From contig JAXLYV010000014.1 of assembly GCA_046351235.1 (NCBI GenBank), positions 2,453-66,452 on the forward strand: 64,000 bases of DNA. The letters run 5' to 3'. Positions within the stretch are counted from its first letter, which is position 1. The number at the start of each line of letters is the position of its first letter. Shown piece by piece: positions 27,385 through 36,163 of the stretch. The position numbers were made by a program, and so were the translations under genes. Under the pieces are notes generated by a model. It had not been told where the DNA came from, searched no databases, and worked only from the letters and a program-made list of their open reading frames with translations. This DNA is from Sandaracinus sp. GTDB lineage: Bacteria > Myxococcota_A > Polyangia > Polyangiales > Sandaracinaceae.

Positions 27385-28362
27385 GTGCCGGTGGATCGCG
27401 CGCGCGCGTGCTACGTCCTTCTCGTGAGGGCGAGTGATCTCACGACGTTCGCGCGCTGGCGCTTCGCGCTGAAGCCCGCGAGCTGGCCGAAGCTGCTGGT
27501 GCCGTTCGCGCTCGGACAGGCCATCGGGATCGACGCGACCGGCCGCCTCTCGTGGCTCGGGCTCGGGCTGGCGCTCGCGTTCACCGCGGCCGACGCGGTG
27601 TTCGTGGTCACGCTGAACGACTTCGGGGATCGCGAGGTCGACGCGATCAAGCGGCGCATGTTCCCCAAGACGAGCCCCAAGACTCTCCCGGACGGCGTGC
27701 TCTCGCCGCTCGCGCTCCTGCTGGCGGGAGTGGCGGCGGGCCTCGTCGCGCTGGCGATCGGCGGCCTCTCCGCGCTCGTGCTCGATCGCCCGCTCGCGCC
27801 CGTCGCGGCGCTCGTCGCGCTCGCTCTGTTCGTGGCGTACACGCTGCCGCCCCTGCGCCTCAACTATCGCGGCGGCGGCGAGCTGCTCGAGGCGATCGGC
27901 GTCGGGCTCGTGCTGCCCTGGCTCTCGGCGTACCTGCAGTCGGGGCGCGCGTGGATGCCGGCGCTCGACGTGCTCCCGGGCTTCGCGTGCCTCGCGCTGG
28001 CGAGCGCGGTGGCGAGCGGGCTCTCCGACGAGCGCAGCGATCGTGAGGGCGGCAAGCGCACCTTCGCCACGATGATGGGTAACGGCGCGGCGCGGCGGCT
28101 CGTCACGATCGCGCTCGTGCTCGCCGCGCTCGCGTGGATCGGCGCGGCGACGATCCCACGAGGCACGCCCACGATGCCGCTCCTCGTCGGCGCGGGCGTG
28201 GTCCTCTTGGCGCTGCCGGCGCTCTCGCGCGCGGGCGCGCTCGCGGTGACCGACGCGTTCGAGGCCCAAGGTAGCTTCAAGCGCGCCCTCCACCGCACGT
28301 CGTGGGAGGCCGCGCTCACGCTCGCGCTCTTCCTCGCGCTCGGGCCGTGGATCGGGCTCTGA
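27385..28362 (+). CDS. UbiA-family integral-membrane prenyltransferase (paralogue 1)
   Basis: First Asp-rich motif LNDFGDREVDAIK. Second motif SDERSDREGGKRTF. Multiple TM spans. The start is uncertain; a GTG at 27424 is an alternative. The gap to the divergent gmk is only 26 nt. Confidence 0.8.
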   Translation: MPVDRARACYVLLVRASDLTTFARWRFALKPASWPKLLVPFALGQAIGIDATGRLSWLGLGLALAFTAADAVFVVTLNDFGDREVDAIKRRMFPKTSPKTLPDGVLSPLALLLAGVAAGLVALAIGGLSALVLDRPLAPVAALVALALFVAYTLPPLRLNYRGGGELLEAIGVGLVLPWLSAYLQSGRAWMPALDVLPGFACLALASAVASGLSDERSDREGGKRTFATMMGNGAARRLVTIALVLAALAWIGAATIPRGTPTMPLLVGAGVVLLALPALSRAGALAVTDAFEAQGSFKRALHRTSWEAALTLALFLALGPWIGL

Positions 28363-28363
28363 C

Positions 28364-29017
28364 GTGAGGGCGACGGGCACGGGCACCCTCGATCCGGCGC
28401 GCACCGTGCGCACGCCCGTGGCCGAGCTCGCTCCCGACGCGGCGCTGAGCCGCGCGCTCGCGCTCGTCGATGCGTCCATCGCGATGCACTTTCCCGAGAA
28501 CCTCTTCGGCGATCTCGATCGGCTCGCGCACGATCTCGCGCTCGTCCGCGATCGCGAAGGTGAGGCCGCGATGTCCTCGCGCGCCGCGCGCATCGCCCAC
28601 GTGCACGCGCTCTTCGGGCGCGAGACGGTGCTCCACTTCCGCTACACGCACGATTTCCTCTACGGCTACGACTGGGCACGCTGGGTCGCGCGCGACCCGG
28701 GCGAGCGCGGCGGCGTCGGCCCCTACGACGACGCGTTCCTCGCCTACTCCGAGCAGCGGGCCGGGGAGCTCGTCGCCCTCGTCGCGGCGGGCGACGGCAA
28801 GTACGGGCAGCTCGCTCCGGGCGTGCATCGCAACCCGTTCCCGTTCCGTCGCGACCTCGAGGCCGAGCGCGTGCTGCACCGCGCGCTCGCCGCCGACGAT
28901 CTCGTTCCGGTGCAGGCCTGGCGCCGCGACGGCACGGCTCGCTGGGATCTGCCGTTCTCGGCGCTGCGCGAGGAGCGCGCGAAGGGGCTCGGCCTCTCGC
29001 TCGCGTCGCCCGTCTGA
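28364..29017 (+). CDS. Hypothetical soluble protein (217 aa)
   Basis: GC3-rich ORF that starts 2 nt after the UbiA stop. No TM span and no motif I recognise (contains FRYTHDFLYGYDWARW). Confidence 0.65.
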   Translation: MRATGTGTLDPARTVRTPVAELAPDAALSRALALVDASIAMHFPENLFGDLDRLAHDLALVRDREGEAAMSSRAARIAHVHALFGRETVLHFRYTHDFLYGYDWARWVARDPGERGGVGPYDDAFLAYSEQRAGELVALVAAGDGKYGQLAPGVHRNPFPFRRDLEAERVLHRALAADDLVPVQAWRRDGTARWDLPFSALREERAKGLGLSLASPV

Positions 29018-29078
29018 TCGACGGGCGCGAGCCGGATCGACGACCCCGCCCCAGTGCGGCTATCCTCGCGCCGCCCCG

Positions 29079-30650
29079 ATGGTTCGCCTCGCGACCGAGC
29101 GTGACGTCTACGCCAACCTGCTGCGCGAAACGCGCGGCCTGCGCCGTGATCAGAGCTCGGCGCGCGACGGATGGTTCGCCTCGCTCCCGTGGGACAAGAA
29201 AGAGGACACGCTCTTCGAGCTCGAGATGCTCCTCAAGGGCATCGCCTGCTACGGCAACCAGCGGAACCACCCCGGCACGCCGCAGGGCAAGACGGCCGTC
29301 GCCCAGGACTTCCACGAGCACATGCGCGTCCTGCGCGACGCGAGCCACCGCGTCGTCGCGCTGACCAAGACGCTGCTCGGCGATCGCGAGCGCGCCTACA
29401 CGTTCGCGCGCTATCTCGAGACCGTCGTCCCGGAAGACGCCGCGCGCGGCAAGCTCATCCAGGAGCAGCTCTCGCAGGACACGCCCGAAGAGGCGCTCTT
29501 CGTCCTCCGGAACTCGTTCGGCAGCTTCGTGGACCTCGCCGAGGGCCTCTTGCGCCTCGGCCGCATCGGCAACCGCCTCTACTACGCCCACCACGGCGTC
29601 ATCGTCCGCGAGATCGGGCGCAACACGTACTTCAACCCGCTCATGGCGCTCGAGTTCCGGCCCGAGCTCGATCGGATTCGCAGCGCCGAGGTGCTCGAGG
29701 TGCTCGCCTCCGTGCGCACCGAGAGCGCGCACCGCGTGCTGGCGCTCGCGTTCCTCACCCTCTTCCGCTGCCTCCGCTACACCGAGCTCATCGACACGTA
29801 CGCGTCCGACGCGCTGGGCGCGCGGCGCGCGTACGTGATCCTGGCGGTGTTGCGGAGCGACGTGCGTGCGCTCGTGAAGTACCTCGCCCAGCGCGCGGCC
29901 GACTCGGTGGCCGACGGCTTCGAGCGCGACCTGATGAGCATCCCCGCGCGCGAGATCGCCGTGCGCCACCGCGAGCTCGCGACCGAGGCCCGCACGCTCG
30001 CCTCGCTCCGGAGCGCCATGGAGGCGATCGCGGGCTCCCTGCGCCTCGAGGTGCGGCGCGTCTACGAGCACGATCTGCCGGCGCCCGACGCAGGACAGAA
30101 CGAGAACGACCTCGGCCCGCAGCTCGTGATGGCGATGGCGCAGCTGCGGGCCTCGATCCACGCGGCGATCCACGCCCTCTGTCTCGAGGTGCGCCCGGGC
30201 GCGCCGCTCCCGGAGCTCTCGGCGGATCTGGCGGCGCGCCGCGCGACCAGCATGCGGCTGCGGCGCGAGATCTGGATGTTCCAGCAGATCGTGCGCGCGT
30301 TCCTGGCGATGAGCGCCGTCACGAGCGGCTCGCCCGACGTCTGGCTCGGGCACACCGGCTTCCAGTACGTGCGCGACTTCCTCATGCACTTCCGCGCGAT
30401 CGGCTACCAGCTCGTGCGCGCGCACGACTACGAGCGCATCGATCCCTTCCTGCGCGCGCTCGAGGATCTGCGCGACGTGGACCTGCTCGATCCGACGCGC
30501 ATGGATCTCGCGGTCGCCGAGTGCCGCGCGTTCTCGAAGTTCCTCGGAGGCCTCTTCGATCAGGTGTCGTCGCGCACCGAGCTGCGCGACGCGCCTTTCG
30601 ACAAGACCGAGGCGACCGAGATGCTGAAGGTCTATCTCGGCAAGGCGTGA
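29079..30650 (+). CDS. Hypothetical, predicted all-helical protein (523 aa)
   Basis: The ATG at 29079 (MVRLATERDVYANLL) lies in the frame of track ORF 28470..30650. The GC3-rich frame is uninterrupted. No motif recognised. Confidence 0.7.
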   Translation: MVRLATERDVYANLLRETRGLRRDQSSARDGWFASLPWDKKEDTLFELEMLLKGIACYGNQRNHPGTPQGKTAVAQDFHEHMRVLRDASHRVVALTKTLLGDRERAYTFARYLETVVPEDAARGKLIQEQLSQDTPEEALFVLRNSFGSFVDLAEGLLRLGRIGNRLYYAHHGVIVREIGRNTYFNPLMALEFRPELDRIRSAEVLEVLASVRTESAHRVLALAFLTLFRCLRYTELIDTYASDALGARRAYVILAVLRSDVRALVKYLAQRAADSVADGFERDLMSIPAREIAVRHRELATEARTLASLRSAMEAIAGSLRLEVRRVYEHDLPAPDAGQNENDLGPQLVMAMAQLRASIHAAIHALCLEVRPGAPLPELSADLAARRATSMRLRREIWMFQQIVRAFLAMSAVTSGSPDVWLGHTGFQYVRDFLMHFRAIGYQLVRAHDYERIDPFLRALEDLRDVDLLDPTRMDLAVAECRAFSKFLGGLFDQVSSRTELRDAPFDKTEATEMLKVYLGKA

Positions 30651-31156
30651 GCACGCTCGGCCGAGAGGAGCTCGAGGCTCTCGCCGAGAAGTACCGCGAG
30701 ATGATCGCGCTGCGGGCCGAGCGCGGGCCCCGCGACGCGCTGCGCTTGCGCCGCCTCGCAGCGCGCTTTCCGGGCGCCTTGCGCGAGCTCGACACGCGCA
30801 CCGACGCCTCGCTCGCCGATCGCCTCGCGTCGATCGAGCGCGCGCTCGGCGGAGCGGAGGCGCCCGCGTGGGCCGCGGTGCAGCTCGCCTTCCACGGCTG
30901 GATGCGGCTCGCGCTCGCGCTGCGGGCCGCCGGTGCGCGCGACCTCGTCGCGGCGCGCGCGTACGTGGCGAGCTACGCGCGAGCGCTCCCCGGAGATCCT
31001 TCGCGCGACGTGCTCGACGACCCCACGCTCGAGACACTCGTGCGGCCGCCGGCGGGGCGCCTCTCTCGCGCGGCGCGCTCCCTCGTCGACGCGGGCGCGC
31101 GGGATCTCGACGCGCTGCTCTTCGGGGCCTCAGCGCGCGAGCGCGAGCGCGGCTGA
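30647..31156 (+). CDS. Hypothetical protein (169 aa), translationally coupled to the previous gene
   Basis: The GTG at 30647 overlaps the preceding stop (GTGA). It lies in the frame of track ORF 29171..31156 (VSTLGREELEALAEKYREMIALR...). Confidence 0.55.
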   Translation: MSTLGREELEALAEKYREMIALRAERGPRDALRLRRLAARFPGALRELDTRTDASLADRLASIERALGGAEAPAWAAVQLAFHGWMRLALALRAAGARDLVAARAYVASYARALPGDPSRDVLDDPTLETLVRPPAGRLSRAARSLVDAGARDLDALLFGASARERERG

Positions 31157-32032
31157 CGCGCCGAGGATGGCGAAGCTCTCGGTCGCGCCGCCGAGCACCA
31201 CGAACGCGAGCGTCGCCCGGCGCGAGCGCGGATCGCGCGCGAAGAGCGAGGCGACCTGCGGAGCGAGCGCGAGCGCCGCGAGGCCGAGGCGAGGCGCGGG
31301 CGCTGCGGGCAGAGCCAATGCCATCGCGACGACGGCGCTCGCGTGCAGGGCGATCGAGGCCCCGCGCGCGGCGACGCCTCCCCAGCGCGCCGCGGGTGAG
31401 CCTTTCTGCGCGGCGCGATCCGCCGCTTCGTCGGGCAGCGACGTCAGGACGTTGCCGGCGACGCCCAGCACGAACGTGGGCGCGAGCAGCCGGAGAACCT
31501 CCGGCGTGAGCGCTCCGCCCTGCGCGAAGAGCCCGACGAGCGGCAGCACGACCCCCACGCCGAGCCCCTGGAGCAGCTCGCCGCCGCCGCGATACGAGAG
31601 GCGCAGCGGCGGGTAGCTGTACGCGCCGATCAGCGCGATCGCGACGATCGCGAGCAGCGGCATCGCCGGGTGGAGGAGCGCCGCCGCGAGCCCCAGCACC
31701 ACGAGCGCGCAGGCCGCCCCGATCGCGAGAGAGCGCACCGTGGCGGGCGCGAGGTCTCCGTCGACGAGCACGCGCGAGCCGCCCGAGAAGGGCGTCGGCG
31801 CGTCGTGGAGGCGATCGGCCTCGCGATCGGCGTAGTCGTTCGCGAAGACGATCAGGAGGTGATCGACGACGCCGAAGAGCTGCGCGACGGCGAGCGCGCT
31901 CCACGAGAAGCGGCCGGTGGTCGCGAAGGCGATCGCCTGGCCGTACAGGAGCGGCGGCGCGAGGTTCGCGTGCGCGAGCGGCCGCGCCGCGCGGAGGAGC
32001 GCGGAGAACGTCGTCCGAGGCTGCGCGCTCAT
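31130..32032 (-). CDS. UbiA-family integral-membrane prenyltransferase (paralogue 2)
   Basis: Start at MSAQPRTTF (32032). Motifs ANDYADREADRLH and SLPDEAADRAAQKG. PPLRLSYRGGGELLQGLGVGVVLPLV closely matches PPLRLNYRGGGELLEAIGVGLVLPWL in paralogue 1. Confidence 0.75.
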   Translation of the reverse strand: MSAQPRTTFSALLRAARPLAHANLAPPLLYGQAIAFATTGRFSWSALAVAQLFGVVDHLLIVFANDYADREADRLHDAPTPFSGGSRVLVDGDLAPATVRSLAIGAACALVVLGLAAALLHPAMPLLAIVAIALIGAYSYPPLRLSYRGGGELLQGLGVGVVLPLVGLFAQGGALTPEVLRLLAPTFVLGVAGNVLTSLPDEAADRAAQKGSPAARWGGVAARGASIALHASAVVAMALALPAAPAPRLGLAALALAPQVASLFARDPRSRRATLAFVVLGGATESFAILGASAALALAR

Positions 32033-32075
32033 CCTGTGCGGTATGCGAGCCCCCGCCGCGACGCGCCACCGCCGC

Positions 32076-33620
32076 TCACGTGCCGCCGAGGCGTTTCGCA
32101 CGCGCGAGCCGGTCCCGCAGCGTGGAGCGCGGCAGGCCGAGCTCCTTGGCCGCCTGCGTCTGGTTGTACGCATGCTTCTTGAGCACGAGCGCGATCCCGG
32201 CCGGCGAGTCGGGAGGCGCCGAGGGCCGACGCCCGGCGCCGAGGACGGCCTCCACGTCCGCGAGATCGATCGTGCCCCCGGTGCGCGCAGCGGCCGCCTC
32301 CACCGTGTTGCGCAGCTCGCGCACGTTCCCAGGCCAGGGATGTGCGCGCAGCTTGCTCAGGGCCGCCTCCGTGATCGCGCGCGCGCCGAGGATCTCGCGG
32401 GCGCTCTCGAGGAAGTGGTACGCGAGCGGCGCGATGTCTTCGGGCCGATCGCGCAGCGGCGGCACTTCCACCGGGAGGCGCGCGATGCGGTAGTAGAGGT
32501 CCTCGCGGAAGCGCCCGGCCTGCACCATCGCCGCCAGGTCGCGGTGCGTCGCGCACACGAGGCGCACGTCCACGCGCGAGACGAGCTCGCTCCCGACGCG
32601 ACGGATCTCGCCGGTCTCGAGCACGCGGAGCAGGCGCGCCTGCATGCCGAGCGCGAGCTCGCCGATCTCGTCGAGGAAGAGCGTGCCGTGATCGGCCTGC
32701 TCGAACACCCCGCGGTGCTGCGTGTGCGCGCCGGTGAACGCGCCCTTCTCGTGTCCGAAGAGCTCGCTCTCCACGAGCGACTCGCTCAGCTCCGCGGCGT
32801 TGAGCGTCACGAACGGGCGCTCGCGACGGGCGCTGCGCTGGTGCACCGCGCGCGCGAGGCCCTCCTTGCCGGCGCCGGTCTCGCCCGCGACGAGCACGGG
32901 CCAGGGCAGCTTCGCGTAGCGCTCGATCGTCTCGAGCACGTCGATCATCGCGGGCGAGGCGGCGACCATTCCGCCGTCGCGCGCGTCGCCCCGCTCGCCC
33001 GTCGCGACGACGAAGAGGTCCGTGCGCCCGAGGCGGATGCGCGTCCCCGGCCCGATCCGCGCGAGCAGCGTGGCGACGCCATCGACGTAGGTCCCGTTCC
33101 GGCTTCCGAGGTCGCGGATCAGCCAGCCGCCCTCGCTCGGCTCGATGCGCGCGTGCCGTCCGCTGACTGCGCGATCGTAGAGCGTGAGATCGAGCCCGCG
33201 GTGCGCGCCGATCGTGACGGGGCGCGCGTGCAGCGGCAGGCGGCGCGCGTCGGCGCCTCGGCCGACGATCACGCTCACGCGCTCGGCCTCCGCGCTCGCG
33301 ACGAGCACGGGCTCGGTGCGGCCGAGCGCGTCGCGGGCGCCGGTGATCGCGTCGAGCACCAGCGTGATCGCGTGCGTCTCGCCGACCTCGAGCGAGCGGT
33401 CGGGGCTCAGGCGGACGGGGACGGGCGGGCCCTCGTCGTCGTCGAGCCGATGCGCGACGACGTCCACCCCGCGTCGGCGGACGAGCAGATAGCGCTCGGG
33501 CACGCGCACGTCGTGGACGACGATGTCGCAGCCCGCGGCGCTCCCGACCTCGAGCGGGCGGTCCTCGAGCGCGAACACGCGGACGGGCTCGCCGCGGAAC
33601 GAGAGAACGATGGCCTCCAT
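32076..33620 (-). CDS. Sigma-54-dependent transcriptional activator with N-terminal FHA domain(s)
   Basis: FHA: VTIGAHRGLDLTLYDRAVSGRHARIE...IRDLGSRNGTYVDG. AAA+ module: VLVAGETGAGKEGLARAVH. GAFTGA loop: EKGAFTGA. C-terminal Fis-type HTH: NQTQAAKELGLPRSTLRDRL. Confidence 0.9.
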   Translation of the reverse strand: MEAIVLSFRGEPVRVFALEDRPLEVGSAAGCDIVVHDVRVPERYLLVRRRGVDVVAHRLDDDEGPPVPVRLSPDRSLEVGETHAITLVLDAITGARDALGRTEPVLVASAEAERVSVIVGRGADARRLPLHARPVTIGAHRGLDLTLYDRAVSGRHARIEPSEGGWLIRDLGSRNGTYVDGVATLLARIGPGTRIRLGRTDLFVVATGERGDARDGGMVAASPAMIDVLETIERYAKLPWPVLVAGETGAGKEGLARAVHQRSARRERPFVTLNAAELSESLVESELFGHEKGAFTGAHTQHRGVFEQADHGTLFLDEIGELALGMQARLLRVLETGEIRRVGSELVSRVDVRLVCATHRDLAAMVQAGRFREDLYYRIARLPVEVPPLRDRPEDIAPLAYHFLESAREILGARAITEAALSKLRAHPWPGNVRELRNTVEAAAARTGGTIDLADVEAVLGAGRRPSAPPDSPAGIALVLKKHAYNQTQAAKELGLPRSTLRDRLARAKRLGGT

Positions 33621-33699
33621 GCCGCGTTATCGCGGAACGCGCGCGCACGTTGCGGGGCGGGCAGGTGCAGCCCGGGTCGCGTCTCGGTACCATCGCGGC

Positions 33700-34467
33700 A
33701 TGAGTCGCTCGCTTGCTCGTCTCGCGTCCCTCTCCCTGGCGCTCGTCAGCGGAGTCTTCGTCGCCGGTTGCCCGAGCAGCACGACCGGTACCTCCGATGC
33801 GGGCGGGGCGGTCGATGGCGCGCTCGCCGACGGCGGCAGCTCGACGGACGGCGGCAGCCCGACGGACGGCGGCAGCCCGACGGACGGCGGCAGCCCGACG
33901 GACGGCGGCAGCCCGACGGACGGCGGAAGCCCGACGGACGGCGGAAGCCCGGACGACGCGGCGAGCCCCGGGGACGCCGGCCGTCGCACGCCGGCCGAGC
34001 ACCGTGTGAGCGATGCGCAGTGCCAGACCGCCGCGCCCCCCGGCCACTGCGGCTTCGGCGGCGGCGGCGGTCCTTCGTGCACGATGGACAGTGAGTGCAC
34101 CGACGGGACGAACGGGCGCTGCAACATGAGCCTCGGCGGCGCGGCGATCTGCCTGTGCACGTACGACACCTGCACGCACGACAGCGACTGCGGCGGCGGC
34201 CAGACCTGCGCCTGCCACGGCGACCCCCAGGTGGATGGCAGCAACCACTGCGTGAACGGCAACTGCCGCGTCGATGCCGACTGCGGCCCGGAGGGCTTCT
34301 GCTCGCCCACGCGCGGAACGTGCGGGGGCGTCGGCGGCTACTACTGCCACACGGCGGCCGACACGTGCGTGGACGACGCCGACTGCACCGGAAGCGGCCT
34401 CCAGGGCTGCGAGTGGGTGGATGCCAGCCGCCGCTGGGAGTGCGTCGAGCTGCTCTTCTGCCCGTGA
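33700..34467 (+). CDS. Cys-rich lipoprotein with a (DGGSPT)n tandem repeat
   Basis: The ATG at 33700 lies in the frame of track ORF 33523..34467. Lipobox LVSGVFVAGC. Seven DGGS(S/P)T units are followed by a 20-Cys C-terminal domain. Confidence 0.75.
   Translation: MSRSLARLASLSLALVSGVFVAGCPSSTTGTSDAGGAVDGALADGGSSTDGGSPTDGGSPTDGGSPTDGGSPTDGGSPTDGGSPDDAASPGDAGRRTPAEHRVSDAQCQTAAPPGHCGFGGGGGPSCTMDSECTDGTNGRCNMSLGGAAICLCTYDTCTHDSDCGGGQTCACHGDPQVDGSNHCVNGNCRVDADCGPEGFCSPTRGTCGGVGGYYCHTAADTCVDDADCTGSGLQGCEWVDASRRWECVELLFCP
33829..33954 (+). repeat. Seven head-to-tail copies of an 18-bp unit (GACGGCGGCAGCCCGACG)
   Basis: Read directly. Units start at 33829, 33847, 33865, 33883, 33901, 33919 and 33937. 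Copies 2-5 are identical; copies 1, 6 and 7 differ by 1-3 nt. The repeat is in frame inside the lipoprotein gene. Confidence 0.9.
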
Positions 34468-34549
34468 GCGGCGCGCGCTCTGCGCGGGCGCACGCTGCCC
34501 GACGACGCGCGTTGCACCGCGCACGCTCGATCGCGTACCGTCCCGCGCC

Positions 34550-35692
34550 GTGACCGAAGCCCTTCGACGTACGCCGCTCTACGACGAGCACAAGGCCCTC
34601 GGGGGCCGCATCGTTCCTTTCGCCGGCTGGGAGCTGCCCGTGCAGTACGCCGGCCTGGTGAAAGAGCACGCAGCCGTCCGCACGGCGGCCGGGCTCTTCG
34701 ACGTCTCGCACATGGGCGAGATGATCATCGAGGGCCCGAAAGCCGAGGAGGCGATCGACGCCCTCGTCACGGCCGACCTCACGAAGCTCCCCGACGGAAA
34801 GGCCGTCTACAACGTCGCCTGCAACGCGCAGGGCACGATCCTCGACGATCTCATCGTCTACCGGCGCGCGCGCGATCGCTTCCTGATCGTGATGAACGCG
34901 TCGAACCGCGACAAGATCGCGACGCATTTCGGCAAGCACCTCGGCAGCACGCCCGGCGTCACGTTCGAGGACGCGAGCGATCGTTTCGCGCTCCTCGCGC
35001 TCCAGGGCCCGAAGGCCGTGGACGTGGTGAAGGCGGCGGGCGCGAGCGACGCGATCCCCGCGCTCGCCTCGTTCTCGCTCACCGACGGAAAGGTCGCGGG
35101 TGTCGACGTGATCGCCGCGCGCACCGGCTACACGGCCGAGGACGGCTTCGAGCTGTTCTGCAGCAACGCCGACGCGCCGAAGCTCTGGCGCGCCCTGATC
35201 GAGGCCGGCAAGCCCCTCGGTCTCGAGCCGGCGGGGCTCGGCGCGCGCGACACGCTCCGCCTCGAAGGGCGGCTCTCGCTCTACGGCAACGAGATCGACG
35301 AGACCACGAACCCGCTCGAGGCCGGCCTCGGCTGGGTGACCAAGCTCGACAAGCCGCGCGACTTCCTCGGCAAGGAAGCGCTGAAGAAGATCCAGGCGGC
35401 GGGCCTCTCGCGGAAGATGGTCGGCTTCGAGATGGTCGGGCGCGGCATCGCGCGGCACGGCTACCCGATCGTCGAATGGAACGGCACCGAGGCCGGCGGC
35501 GCCACGATCGGCCTCGTCACCAGCGGCTCGCCTGCGCCGACCCTCGACAAGAACATCGGGCTCGGATACGTCCCGACCGCGCTCTCGGCGATCGGATCGA
35601 AGATCGGCGTCCAGATTCGCGGAAAAGCGATCGAGGCCGTCGTCGTCAAGACTCCTTTCTACAAGCGCGCGGCTCCCACCGGGAGCAAGTGA
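34550..35692 (+). CDS. gcvT: Glycine cleavage system T protein (aminomethyltransferase)
   Basis: GTG at 34550 (VTEALRRTPLYDEHKALGGRIVPFAGWELPVQY). Also GLFDVSHMGE, ARTGYTAEDGFE and ARDTLRLE. Confidence 0.9.
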   Translation: MTEALRRTPLYDEHKALGGRIVPFAGWELPVQYAGLVKEHAAVRTAAGLFDVSHMGEMIIEGPKAEEAIDALVTADLTKLPDGKAVYNVACNAQGTILDDLIVYRRARDRFLIVMNASNRDKIATHFGKHLGSTPGVTFEDASDRFALLALQGPKAVDVVKAAGASDAIPALASFSLTDGKVAGVDVIAARTGYTAEDGFELFCSNADAPKLWRALIEAGKPLGLEPAGLGARDTLRLEGRLSLYGNEIDETTNPLEAGLGWVTKLDKPRDFLGKEALKKIQAAGLSRKMVGFEMVGRGIARHGYPIVEWNGTEAGGATIGLVTSGSPAPTLDKNIGLGYVPTALSAIGSKIGVQIRGKAIEAVVVKTPFYKRAAPTGSK

Positions 35693-35742
35693 TCTCGCCC
35701 TGATCGCGATCGGACCCGAGGACCGGAGAGGAAGAACGAGCG

Positions 35743-36129
35743 ATGTCGAAGTACCCGTCGGATCGGAAGTACACGAAGGACCACGAGTGGGCGCGCGCCG
35801 AGGGCAACCTCGTCCGCGTCGGCATCACCGGCTTCGCCGTCGAGCAGCTCGGCGACGTCACGCTCGTCGACCTGCCCAAGGTGGGCGACAAGCTCGACGC
35901 GCACGGGCACTTCGGCGACATCGAGTCGGTCAAGACGGTGAGCGAGCTCTTCGCGCCCGTGGCCGGCGTGGTCGCCGAAGTGAACGGCGCGCTCGAGGGA
36001 TCGCCCGAGCTCGTGAACGAAGGGCCCTACGACAAGGGCTGGATGATCGTCCTCAGCGGCGCCGGCAGCCTCGACGGCCTCATGGACGCGGCCGCGTACG
36101 AGGAATACCTCGGCACGCTCGATCATTGA
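35743..36129 (+). CDS. gcvH: Glycine cleavage system H protein
   Basis: KYTKDHEWAR, GITGFAVEQLGDV and the lipoyl-lysine context GDIESVKTVSEL. 128 aa. Confidence 0.95.
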   Translation: MSKYPSDRKYTKDHEWARAEGNLVRVGITGFAVEQLGDVTLVDLPKVGDKLDAHGHFGDIESVKTVSELFAPVAGVVAEVNGALEGSPELVNEGPYDKGWMIVLSGAGSLDGLMDAAAYEEYLGTLDH

Positions 36130-36163
36130 TGGGATCGCGCGCGGCTCGCGCGCGAAAGGGGGG

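Noticed and set aside
32070-32085. CGGCACGtgagCGGCG on the minus strand, upstream of UbiA paralogue 2, considered as a sigma-54 promoter.
   Set aside because: The spacing is correct, but the -12 box is GGC rather than TGC and the site lies inside the activator's stop-codon region. Such matches are expected by chance at this GC content. I kept it only as a remark in the UbiA finding.
33829-33954. Regular 18-bp repeat considered as a CRISPR-like or intergenic VNTR array.
   Set aside because: The repeats have no spacers between them, the array lies in frame within a GC3-rich lipoprotein ORF, and no cas genes are nearby. It is a coding tandem repeat.
34468-34549. Glycine riboswitch expected upstream of gcvT. 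The gcvPA leader (48222-48335) was checked as well.
   Set aside because: The leader is only 82 nt and shows none of the conserved GGAGAG...CACCG...GGGCAA-type cores. The same holds for the gcvPA leader. A covariance-model scan would be decisive, but I cannot run one.
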